In this document: piece by piece, positions 1 to 8,480 of the stretch | Position numbering within the stretch: position 1 is the first letter of the stretch | How the letters are laid out: each line of letters begins with the position of its first letter | IMG/VR virus record: IMGVR_UViG_3300021963_000069 | Coordinates: 1-64,000 of that record | Reading direction: 5' to 3' (one strand) | Origin: a virus | Length of the DNA: 64,000 nucleotides | The notes under the pieces: model-generated | Database searches by the model: none | What the model saw: the letters and a program-made list of their open reading frames with translations, nothing else | Told to the model about the DNA's origin: nothing | Translations under genes and position numbers: made by a program

Positions 1-250
1 GCTTGATTAACCAATAGGCATTATCAATTGATTTTGCCGCCCACTGGGTACAGGGATGATTACGAAATGCCCCCTTTTCTGTAGCGTATGGCATTCCATC
101 TTTTTTAGCGAGAGTTCCATAATTATGATACCATTTGGACGCTACTATTGCCAATAGTTGGCAGCATTCAACAGGCATTTTATTTATGTGGCGGTCGGGA
201 AGTACGATAGCACTTTCTGCTGGATATGGGGAAGTGGCAAATATGTTGAT
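1..250 (-). CDS. denV: Pyrimidine-dimer DNA glycosylase/endonuclease V-like protein, 5' part (runs off window); apparent ATC start
   Basis: Hand translation: (I)NIFATSPYPAESAIVLPDRHINKMPVECCQLL...AFRNHPCTQW, which matches the MNIF...K M..E..Q.L...HPCT.W family pattern. GAGGA lies 7 nt upstream of ATC at 250. Confidence 0.75.
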   Translation of the reverse strand, partial: MNIFATSPYPAESAIVLPDRHINKMPVECCQLLAIVASKWYHNYGTLAKKDGMPYATEKGAFRNHPCTQWAAKSIDNAYWLIK

Positions 251-260
251 GGTAGGTTCC

Positions 261-782
261 TCAATTCATTAATTTAGAATAGTATTCTACCAGCATTCGT
301 AAGTCCTCAACAGAACCGTTATTTTTCATAACATTTGCTTTTCTTGACACAACAACAATATTTTCGGGAATATAACCTTTTGTATTATCAATTCTATCAA
401 GAGAGGGCGCATACTCTGTTCTCTTTACAAGAGGAACTTTAAATACTGGACACAATTCTGGAATGTGAATATCATTTTGAGTGATTGTACATTCCATATC
501 TTTTTGTTTTGCTCTTTGTCTGGCACTTCTCAACAACTGACTTTCTGGACATTTTTTAGTCCATTTTTTTTGATAATCTGGATTGTTTTTTCTCCATTCA
601 GTCATCAGTTGTTTATAGTGTTCTTTTCTTTCAGAAACATATTTTTTAGTGTGCTCTCTTTTTTCTTTTTTCCTGTAGTTTTTTCTACAGGATTTACACA
701 TACCATCACGACCTCTGACTGAATAATACCAATCAGTTTCTATAATATCAGAAGAACATTTGCGACAGAAGAATGTTTTCAT
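261..782 (-). CDS. Free-standing HNH-type homing endonuclease (HEG1)
   Basis: N-terminal CxxC/CxxC motifs and a basic linker, then CPVF..PL...PSLDRIDNTKGY..EN.VVVS..AN..K. The ATG at 782 lies just downstream of TATAAATA (803-810). Confidence 0.8.
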   Translation of the reverse strand: MKTFFCRKCSSDIIETDWYYSVRGRDGMCKSCRKNYRKKEKREHTKKYVSERKEHYKQLMTEWRKNNPDYQKKWTKKCPESQLLRSARQRAKQKDMECTITQNDIHIPELCPVFKVPLVKRTEYAPSLDRIDNTKGYIPENIVVVSRKANVMKNNGSVEDLRMLVEYYSKLMN

Positions 783-843
783 TTTATGAATATCTTTTAT
801 TTTATTTATAAAAGATATTCGCAAATATGTTCATAATAATTTA

Positions 844-1269
844 TTAAAAACAATACTTTTTGACTACATATTTTACTTCATTTGGTTTATCTTCCATCCA
901 AAATGCTTCCATTTCAATTTGCCGAATACTGGGACCAATCAATTTTACAGCAGATTCCACATCTTGCCTTCTTCTGTCAGAAAGATTCATATTAGAAGAT
1001 GAGATTCCCAAGGGAGTCAAAGATTTGTTCTTACAATATTGAGCCAAATGAACTGACTCGTGTAGTAATGTTTCGTTGATATAATATTTTACATTATCTC
1101 TCGAAACAATTCTGTCGGTACAGATATTCATAGTTTTCTTTGTGGGGTCAAACCACCCATAAATATCGTGTTTTCTACAAATTGGAGCATTTTCAACTAC
1201 TCGAATCTTGCGGGAAACCATTTGATAGATTTCCATAGATTGAGGAGAAAGATAAAATAAGAAATCCAT
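844..1269 (-). CDS. Putative zinc metallopeptidase (HExxH)
   Basis: ETLLHESVHLAQ plus a downstream EMEA motif. Confidence 0.6.
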   Translation of the reverse strand: MDFLFYLSPQSMEIYQMVSRKIRVVENAPICRKHDIYGWFDPTKKTMNICTDRIVSRDNVKYYINETLLHESVHLAQYCKNKSLTPLGISSSNMNLSDRRRQDVESAVKLIGPSIRQIEMEAFWMEDKPNEVKYVVKKYCF

Positions 1270-1964
1270 TACTCAAAGGTAGAATCGGGTTCCATCGCAA
1301 TCCAATAAGAAAGATTGTATTTGGTGTTTGTAAATTGAGAAAGAAGTTTTTCTGACAGAACTACATCATAAGCACCAGAAATAATCTTACTGAGATTCTC
1401 TACTTTGAAATTAAAAGTAAAGACATTATCAGTCTCTCCCACAACGATAGAATACTCATTAGAGGTATTATTCTTTTTATCACGAACCACCAGACGAATT
1501 ACTCCTGCTTCACCAATCGCAGAAATATCGGGAAGTTGATAGACAGATGCTGCCTTAACAAGTCTTTCGGTAATTCCACTTTCGAGTTGAAAAGAAACAT
1601 CTTTGGAAGGAAGATTGATTTGCTTTTCTGGTGGAGAGACGATTACATTTGGATCTGAATAGAAATACTTGACCCTCCGCTTTCCATCACGAATTGTAAT
1701 GTAACTATCTTCAGAAAAGTCCAAATCAGGATCCTGATGAAGACTCAATCCATTCAGAAACTGATTTAGGTCATAAATCGCAAAGTCACGGGGAAAGTTT
1801 TCGGCAATTTCTGCTTCGGAAAGAATATTTTTGGCGATTGAGATTGTCCTCAATTTATTTCCTTTCTTAACCAAAATAGATTGATTAATACCAGAGAAGT
1901 TTTTGAGAATAGTAATCGTGTTTTCAGAGAGTTTCATAGTTTTGTCTTTAAGTTTCATAATCAA
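1269..1964 (-). CDS. g45: Sliding clamp (T4 gp45); start may be at 1958 or 1937
   Basis: MKLSENTITILKNFSGINQSI...FAIYDLNQFL...YWIAMEPDS. Confidence 0.95.
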   Translation of the reverse strand: MIMKLKDKTMKLSENTITILKNFSGINQSILVKKGNKLRTISIAKNILSEAEIAENFPRDFAIYDLNQFLNGLSLHQDPDLDFSEDSYITIRDGKRRVKYFYSDPNVIVSPPEKQINLPSKDVSFQLESGITERLVKAASVYQLPDISAIGEAGVIRLVVRDKKNNTSNEYSIVVGETDNVFTFNFKVENLSKIISGAYDVVLSEKLLSQFTNTKYNLSYWIAMEPDSTFE

Positions 1965-2386
1965 CGGAATTCAGAGAGACCATTATCCTTACGAGAATAA
2001 TGCTTATCAAAGTGAAGTAGTAGCATAGCATAGTGAATGACCTTCAGCAAATCTCGTTTGTTGCGTCCGTCCTTATTCCCATAGCGACTACCATACTTGA
2101 GAATATTTGATTGACAAAACCCGGCGGCAAGTTTTTTAGCTGCCATCAGGTCAATAGTTTGTATGTCCGCGTAATCTTCTTCATCTCCGCAGTAATGCCC
2201 GCTGTATGTGCTGCTGACATAATTTTCAACATCCTTAAGGATTTTATCTTCATTATATTTCCAAAGATGATTTTTTGGTTCGTTCATAGCAGGAGTTTTT
2301 GTCAAATCAACATATCCAGAGTGTTCGTTCATAGTCATTTTATACTCAAGTGATTGCCTTTCATTTTCGGCATTAGAGAAAGCCAT
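1961..2386 (-). CDS. Conserved cyanophage protein (DUF3310-like)
   Basis: YVSSTYSGHY...IQTIDL...FCQSNILKYGSRYGNKDG..RDLLKVIHYA. Usual position upstream of g45. Confidence 0.65.
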   Translation of the reverse strand: MAFSNAENERQSLEYKMTMNEHSGYVDLTKTPAMNEPKNHLWKYNEDKILKDVENYVSSTYSGHYCGDEEDYADIQTIDLMAAKKLAAGFCQSNILKYGSRYGNKDGRNKRDLLKVIHYAMLLLHFDKHYSRKDNGLSEFR

Positions 2387-2429
2387 AATTAAGAAAAGTC
2401 ATAATTAACCTCTCTCAATTATAGCAGAT

Positions 2430-2933
2430 TTAAGGTTGTTGGTCAAGTTGTTTCTGAATGAGTTTTTGTCGCTCGTCAAAAGAAAGATTTATCCAATAAC
2501 TATGTTTTACTGCCATTTCAGCATCACTATGTTTTTTGTGACAAGTTCTACAAAGGAGACGACACTTCTCAACTTCTTTCCACCACAAGTCTAAAGAACA
2601 ACCAATATTTCCAATAGTTAGGGTTTTATGTGCTGGGTCAATATGGTCAAACTCAAGATTTTCAGTTTTTCCACACCAAACACATTTTCCTCCAAGTTTT
2701 TCTTTTGCTTGTTCTTTTAATCGTTTTCTTCGGTTGTTATTATTTTTAGTGTTTTGTTCTTTTAATTTTTCTTTGTTTTTTTCATAATACTTTAAATGCC
2801 TATCATTACATTTTTCTTTATTTTTGGAATAATATTCTCTATCAGCAAGGCGTTTTGCTTCTTTTTGCTCCTCCGTCATTTTTTGACGATATTTTTTATT
2901 GTATTCTGATTTTTCTTCTTTTGTAAGTGCCAT
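2430..2933 (-). CDS. Free-standing HNH endonuclease (HEG2)
   Basis: Basic coiled N-terminus, then CVWCG..ENLEFDHIDP...CRLLCRTCHKKH. Confidence 0.85.
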   Translation of the reverse strand: MALTKEEKSEYNKKYRQKMTEEQKEAKRLADREYYSKNKEKCNDRHLKYYEKNKEKLKEQNTKNNNNRRKRLKEQAKEKLGGKCVWCGKTENLEFDHIDPAHKTLTIGNIGCSLDLWWKEVEKCRLLCRTCHKKHSDAEMAVKHSYWINLSFDERQKLIQKQLDQQP

Positions 2934-2993
2934 AATTACCGAAAAGTGCTATTAATATTTATACGAATAACACTTTTCAGTAAAAAAGTTTTA

Positions 2994-4124
2994 TTAGAAA
3001 AGAACTTCGTGACCACCCTCAATAGTCAGTTCAAGTTCGGTGGGCATCTTAAAATCGGCATCTACTTTATCATACAGTTCAAGAAAAGCAGTTTTAGTTT
3101 CATCATCAAAACGATTAGTACAAACCTGAATTGCCTTTGCCTTATCGCCAAAAATAGCATAAGCACGAATGATATGAACCAAACGACGAGTGCTGATGAT
3201 TTCTTCAATACCGCCATCATAGAAGGTTTTACGAATAATATCCCCCCAATCGCACAATTTCTTACAGAAATCATCAATCTCAGTCAGACCCAGAGTGGCA
3301 GCAATACCCTGAAGAATACGGATTTCCACAGAACTGGCGGGATAAGGTTGCTCGAAAGTGACCGGGAAGCGTTCCAAGAATGCCTCATTAAGCACGTTGG
3401 TGCCGATAAAGCGACCATCATCAGAACCCTTACCCTTGGTGTTTGCGGTCGCAATCACATTAAATCCGGCAGCGGGTTTGACGAAGCGACCAATCTTCTT
3501 CAGGAAGACACCTTTACCTTCCAGAACAGACTGAAGACACAGGATTTTATTGGAAGCAAGGTCAATCTCATCGAGAAGCAATACGGCACCACGCTCAAGT
3601 GCTTCGATGACTGGACCATTATGCCACGCGGTTTCACCATTCACAAGGCGAAATCCACCAATCAAATCGTCCTCATCTGTTTCGATAGTCACATTCACCC
3701 TAATCATTTCACGCTTCAGCTGAGCACACGCCTGCTCCACACTAAACGTTTTGCCATTACCCGAAAGACCCGTAATGAACGTAGGGTAAAAGAGACGGGA
3801 CTGAATAATGCGTTTAATGTCAGCAAAATTACCAAACTTGACGAAGGTATCATCTTTATCAGGAATAAGGTCTTGTTGATGGTCGGGAAGAACGGCAACA
3901 CTCTGAAAAGAACGCTCGATTTCTTCTACTTTATCTTGGGTGATTTCTAGGTTCCACTTACCACGACCAATCTTATGGTGAGAAAGTTTGTTGCTTACGG
4001 TTTGGTAGTTAAGACCACGAGAGGCACAAAAACCTTTGAGGTCGCCAGAAGTGATTTCTGGACCATAAAGTTCTTGAATGCTTTCAATAAGTTGCTGGTC
4101 GTTCACGGATGATTTACGAGGCAT
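2994..4124 (-). CDS. cobS: CobS/MoxR-like AAA+ ATPase
   Basis: Walker A GLSGNGKT, Walker B LLLDEID, NEAFLERF and ISTRRL. Typical of cyanomyoviruses. Confidence 0.9.
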   Translation of the reverse strand: MPRKSSVNDQQLIESIQELYGPEITSGDLKGFCASRGLNYQTVSNKLSHHKIGRGKWNLEITQDKVEEIERSFQSVAVLPDHQQDLIPDKDDTFVKFGNFADIKRIIQSRLFYPTFITGLSGNGKTFSVEQACAQLKREMIRVNVTIETDEDDLIGGFRLVNGETAWHNGPVIEALERGAVLLLDEIDLASNKILCLQSVLEGKGVFLKKIGRFVKPAAGFNVIATANTKGKGSDDGRFIGTNVLNEAFLERFPVTFEQPYPASSVEIRILQGIAATLGLTEIDDFCKKLCDWGDIIRKTFYDGGIEEIISTRRLVHIIRAYAIFGDKAKAIQVCTNRFDDETKTAFLELYDKVDADFKMPTELELTIEGGHEVLF

Positions 4125-4196
4125 AATGTAGTTAGGTCGTTTTGTTTAACTGAAGTTATTATACGACAAAAAAGGGGGTCGTGGGACCCCCGGTGG

Positions 4197-4382
4197 TCAG
4201 TTTGCCAACTGGTTCTTCAGGGTTTCAAGGTGCTCCCGACTTACAATTTTCCCAGTATATCCGGGATAAAACTTTTTCACAATCGCAGAAACACCCATCG
4301 CAGTAATCGCACTATCACAAATTACACACACCTCTTTGGTGGTGTAATTTACAACGTGTTCGAGTGGAAACTTATATTTCAT
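4197..4382 (-). CDS. Small conserved hypothetical protein (MKYKFPLEH...)
   Basis: Fills the gap between the vWA gene and the cobS promoter. Start moved to the ATG at 4382. Confidence 0.6.
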   Translation of the reverse strand: MKYKFPLEHVVNYTTKEVCVICDSAITAMGVSAIVKKFYPGYTGKIVSREHLETLKNQLAN

Positions 4383-4386
4383 AGTA

Positions 4387-6531
4387 TCAAGCGACCAAAG
4401 AAACGAACTCACCAAGAATACGCCTATTCATTTTCTTGGATTTCAGACTTTTCACAAAAGCGGTTTTAATCTGTGATTTAGAGGCATCTTCAGAAACAGA
4501 AAACTCCGTGTCCTGTGATATGGAGGTAGAAGAAATACCAAAATAAGCGTGATATCCAGAAGTCTTAAGAGTAAAACTCTTTTCTTTCTTCCAGGAGTTC
4601 ATCACATCATCATAATCAGACCCAGAGTATCCACAATACCTGCGAATAAAGTTTCCGGCATCACGGGATTCGATTACACGAATACCAATAAAGTTCGTAT
4701 TCACAAAAGTATCTCTTAAATTGTGAAGAATTACATCCGTAAATTTCCACCAGGAACTACCCAAAGAATAAGTATTTCCGGTTTTTCGGTCTCTCAAAAA
4801 GGAATTAGGTCCAATAGAACACGTTCCCATATAGGGACTTTCTTCCCATTTGCGTATAAACTCGTGATGATATTTTGGAGCATTTGCCTCACCATCCGTC
4901 AAGATTACACACTGGACTTTCTGTAGTTTATTTTGTTTCTGAAATTGTGGAAGAATTTGATGAAGAGAAATTAGTGCCTCATTTAGAGGTGTTCCGGAAA
5001 GACTCAATCCCATGGGAACATTATATTTACAAGAATATGATTCTTGGAAATGATTAGCAAGACGAAAGATATTTTTCATCTGTTCGTCAAGAGTCTTATT
5101 ATTTACTTTACTTGTAAAAAGATTCATCATAGAAAAATGTTCTTCTACTCGAATCAAATTATCTTTCTTTTGATATGAAAGTTGCCTAATATTTGACTTA
5201 CCTTCGGCATCATAAGAGATCAAAGGATAGTCGTGAGTGAAGGCATAAACCTCAAATGGAATAGCAACTTTTTTACAGAACCAGATCAGATTAAAGAGTT
5301 GTTTCACAGTATCCGACATTACACTTGCCATCGAACCAGACCAGTCCAGAACAAATACAAGACCATGATTCTTGCCGTCAGCGAGGGTTGTAATCTTCTT
5401 AAAGAGGTCCTCACTATACTTGTATGAATGAATGCGAGAGCAATCAAGAACCCCTGTGCGGGCGGTTGTGGCACGGGCATAAGAGTCTGCTGCCTTGCGA
5501 CACTCAAACTCTTTCACCAGATAATTGACCTCTTTTTGTGCCGACCTCTTAAAATCAACAAACTTACGATCAACCTCGCCAAAAATATCAGAATACTGAT
5601 ATTCATAATGCTCAAGATAAGAGGACCAGTGTTCTTTACATTTAGAATGAATCTCGGCATTTGGAACAATAACCCGTTTAAGGTCAAGTTGAGGCAATTC
5701 CAGATATACACTTTCTGCCCCAGAACCACCAATCAAGTCTTTAAGGGACTCCTCAAGTGTATCCATCGTTTTGACTTCGGGTTCTGCTTTTTCCGAACCT
5801 TGCTGACCGCCTTGTGATTGGGTGGATTGGTCCTGCTGTGCGGTTCCACCATAAGAATCAGTTTCACCGGGTTCCTCATTTTCAGATTCCTCACCGCCAC
5901 CTTCATCCCGATTCATAGCATCAGAAGCACCACTTTGAGAGGTTTCTTGACTATCGGGACTTGATTCGATTTCTTCTTGTTGTTTTTGCTTACAATACTC
6001 ATAGAGTACCTTTGCGGCGATTAGAACATCATCGAAAGTTTCGGCATTCCCAATCAAATTGGCGATTTCGGTTTCTTCACCAACCTGAATTGGCACATCA
6101 ACATAATTACCAATCTTAAAATAAAGATTTACCCGGTCAGCAAGATTATAGGTTTCGAGATCAGTATCATCGATTAGGAAAAAATCTTGCTCTGCCAGTT
6201 CTTTATAACCAGCATAGAAACTTTTGGGAGAACCGGGATACTTCCTTTTACAGAGTTTTTCGACTCTTACATCCTCACATACATTTATAAATTGTTGAGG
6301 AATCTTATGATTCTTGCTCCAGTCAATATTTGGTGTGAATAAGGAATGGGAGATTTCGTGAAGAACGAGCATATTATAAACACTATCAGTTGCTTTCTCC
6401 CAGAGAGGTAGAATAAGACACCGAGTATGGACGTTAAAGCAGGCAGTATCTACTTTTTTGTGCTCAACTATGATGTTCTCCATCGCAAGACATTTAGCAA
6501 GCATTCCTTTGATTTCAAAATTAACTGCCAT
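4387..6531 (-). CDS. CobT-like protein: N-terminal HExxH peptidase-like domain, acidic linker and vWA domain
   Basis: HEISH, MIDAS-type LDWSGSM, GTPL and ILTDGE. Adjacent to the MoxR ATPase. Confidence 0.85.
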   Translation of the reverse strand: MAVNFEIKGMLAKCLAMENIIVEHKKVDTACFNVHTRCLILPLWEKATDSVYNMLVLHEISHSLFTPNIDWSKNHKIPQQFINVCEDVRVEKLCKRKYPGSPKSFYAGYKELAEQDFFLIDDTDLETYNLADRVNLYFKIGNYVDVPIQVGEETEIANLIGNAETFDDVLIAAKVLYEYCKQKQQEEIESSPDSQETSQSGASDAMNRDEGGGEESENEEPGETDSYGGTAQQDQSTQSQGGQQGSEKAEPEVKTMDTLEESLKDLIGGSGAESVYLELPQLDLKRVIVPNAEIHSKCKEHWSSYLEHYEYQYSDIFGEVDRKFVDFKRSAQKEVNYLVKEFECRKAADSYARATTARTGVLDCSRIHSYKYSEDLFKKITTLADGKNHGLVFVLDWSGSMASVMSDTVKQLFNLIWFCKKVAIPFEVYAFTHDYPLISYDAEGKSNIRQLSYQKKDNLIRVEEHFSMMNLFTSKVNNKTLDEQMKNIFRLANHFQESYSCKYNVPMGLSLSGTPLNEALISLHQILPQFQKQNKLQKVQCVILTDGEANAPKYHHEFIRKWEESPYMGTCSIGPNSFLRDRKTGNTYSLGSSWWKFTDVILHNLRDTFVNTNFIGIRVIESRDAGNFIRRYCGYSGSDYDDVMNSWKKEKSFTLKTSGYHAYFGISSTSISQDTEFSVSEDASKSQIKTAFVKSLKSKKMNRRILGEFVSLVA

Positions 6532-6570
6532 ACAAGGTGTGTTTTTTAACTCCTATTATCATAGCAGTCC

Positions 6571-7314
6571 TTAAGAAATTTTTGATGGAGCATCAGACAG
6601 TTTTTCAACTGTCACAATGTCTTTATGAGTTTTTATTTTTCCCGCATAAATCTTACTTATACTTTGCCTACAATAACCATTTTCTTTAGACCAAGTATGT
6701 ATTCCACACATTATAAGCACATTTCCATTTTTAAATGTAAGTTTCCACCAATTTGATTTTGCATTATTTTCTCCAGTATTTTTTCCTTTTTTTGCCCGAC
6801 TTACTTTATCCCCAAACTCTTGAGAACGGATTATACCTTTTAATGCTTTACTTATTTTATTTTTAGACTGTTGCGAATGAAATTTTCCATAATTAGGATT
6901 TTTTGTTCCTGTTCTACCATACATACGATTATTTTTTCCTCTATTTGCTTTACCTATTTTTTCTTTAGTTTCCGGAGAAAGCGTTTTACCAATAACAGTT
7001 TCAATATATCTTTCTCTTAATGTTTCATAAAGATAAGAATTAAAATATTCATTCTTGGTGTTTTGATTATTCATACACCAGAATGCTGTAATCATTTTTA
7101 TAGTTCTTCTATCTTTTAATCCATATCTTTCAATAAAAATCTTTTCCAATAATGCGTGAGCGATATAATGCTCTCTGCCAGTTAATATCACAATTCTATT
7201 ATTATTTCCAAAGATACTTTTAGGAAATGTATGATGCTTTTCTGTGTAACCTTCAGGAACAACCCTTTTCTCTGCTTTCCTGATTAAGTTACAATAATGC
7301 TTTAGATAGTTCAT
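6571..7314 (-). CDS. Free-standing HNH homing endonuclease with NUMOD3-like DNA-binding repeats (HEG3, MobE-like)
   Basis: EKHHTFPKS..G...N.IV.LT.REHYIAH.LL, followed by SPETKEKIG and HSQQSKNKIS repeats. Confidence 0.85.
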   Translation of the reverse strand: MNYLKHYCNLIRKAEKRVVPEGYTEKHHTFPKSIFGNNNRIVILTGREHYIAHALLEKIFIERYGLKDRRTIKMITAFWCMNNQNTKNEYFNSYLYETLRERYIETVIGKTLSPETKEKIGKANRGKNNRMYGRTGTKNPNYGKFHSQQSKNKISKALKGIIRSQEFGDKVSRAKKGKNTGENNAKSNWWKLTFKNGNVLIMCGIHTWSKENGYCRQSISKIYAGKIKTHKDIVTVEKLSDAPSKIS

Positions 7315-7472
7315 TTCTATTCTAATACAACGGCACTATTATTTATACAGGAAAAGGCACCCGAAAGTGCCTTAACCATCCTAACAGATTGCCGTCGTAT
7401 TAGGTTCAACTATTTATTATACGAAAAAAGGGTCCTTGTGAGGGACCCCGTGTGCCAGTTTGGGAATTGGTT

Positions 7473-8249
7473 TTATCTACCACTTGCTCTACGCTTACGG
7501 GCCCGATAATCAGTAGGAACCTCCATATAACCAGATTTACCTTTACCATAAGGTTTAGAATGATCAATAGAATTTTCGTAATCACCATCTGCCTGTTTAA
7601 CTTCTATATTTTTTGCAGCATTCATTCTGTTAATGGATTTTTTATTTGCTTTAATTCTTTCGCGATCTCTTCTATCATTCATATTTTCAGTTTCTCCTTG
7701 TCTCCTTAACGCATATCCACGATATTCACGATCTACTTTATTTTCTACATCATCTTTCCATTTTGGCTTTTTATATACAGTTTTTCCTTTTCTAGTAACT
7801 CCACGAATATCATTCCCAGTAATTCTGTCCGCAATAGACCTTCCAGAACCTCTAACTGCCTCGTCAAGAATCTCTTCTCTCCACTCTTCACTCATATTTG
7901 TCATAATCGCAAGTGCCGCTTCTTCGGTGTCGGCAAATCCTTCATCAAGTAGGTGACCTTTAATGATGTCAAAGAGGTCGGTTTCTTCACCTACAGTTGA
8001 TTTTACAACTGGACGATATCCACCACTTGCTTTTGTTGGTGTTTTTCTTCCAGGACCAGCAGAAAGAACTGCACCAATTGCCCGTCCAACTGGATTTGTT
8101 TTTATAAACTTATCAGTTGCCTTAGCACCTGCAGCAAGAGTACGTTCTACGGCACCTTGAAAATCTTCATCAAGTTGCTCTACTTCTTCTTTAGGTTGAT
8201 GAACCTGCAAATATGCTTCCCACAAACCTACAATTTCTTTGTCTCTCAT
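7473..8249 (-). CDS. Late, probable internal head protein with a cyanophage 'LWEAY / DLFDIIKGHLLDEGFA..EE.A.AIM.NMSEEW' module
   Basis: Recognisable modules. TATAAATA at 8270-8277 upstream. Confidence 0.55.
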   Translation of the reverse strand: MRDKEIVGLWEAYLQVHQPKEEVEQLDEDFQGAVERTLAAGAKATDKFIKTNPVGRAIGAVLSAGPGRKTPTKASGGYRPVVKSTVGEETDLFDIIKGHLLDEGFADTEEAALAIMTNMSEEWREEILDEAVRGSGRSIADRITGNDIRGVTRKGKTVYKKPKWKDDVENKVDREYRGYALRRQGETENMNDRRDRERIKANKKSINRMNAAKNIEVKQADGDYENSIDHSKPYGKGKSGYMEVPTDYRARKRRASGR

Positions 8250-8264
8250 TTTTTCCAAAACTTT

Positions 8265-8408
8265 TTAATTATTTATAAAAAAAAAACACTCCGGAGAGTG
8301 TTTCTTCTTAAAGGCTTTCAATCGCGCCTTCGCTTGTCGAAGTGCCTGCGGTTTCAGTTTCCGCTTTTGCTCCTTCTTGGAATGATGCTGCCAGTTTGGA
8401 AGTTTCAT
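8265..8408 (-). CDS. Small basic cyanophage protein, 47 aa (MKLPNWQHHSKKEQKRKLKPQALRQAK...)
   Basis: Hand-translated (below the ORF-track cutoff). Preceded by TTGACA-N17-TATTGT at 8458-8430. Confidence 0.7.
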   Translation of the reverse strand: MKLPNWQHHSKKEQKRKLKPQALRQAKARLKAFKKKHSPECFFFINN

Positions 8409-8480
8409 CGGTCTTGTGCTTATGAGAACACAATACTATCTATAATCGCAGTTGTCAAGAGGTCCAGTTGAGAAAGTGTC

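Noticed and set aside
237-834. Group I intron or gene-60-type ribosomal hop explaining the split denV
   Set aside because: The insert is almost fully occupied by the HNH ORF and leaves no room for P3-P9 core elements. At 584 nt it is far longer than the T4 gene 60 bypass. It is kept only as a minor alternative.
2946-3950. 334-aa plus-strand ORF, and the other plus-strand ORFs in the track
   Set aside because: They are antisense shadows of well-conserved minus-strand genes, with no motifs or start signals.
7406-7588. 60-aa minus-strand ORF
   Set aside because: It overlaps the end of the 7473 gene in another frame and runs through the promoter and hairpin region.
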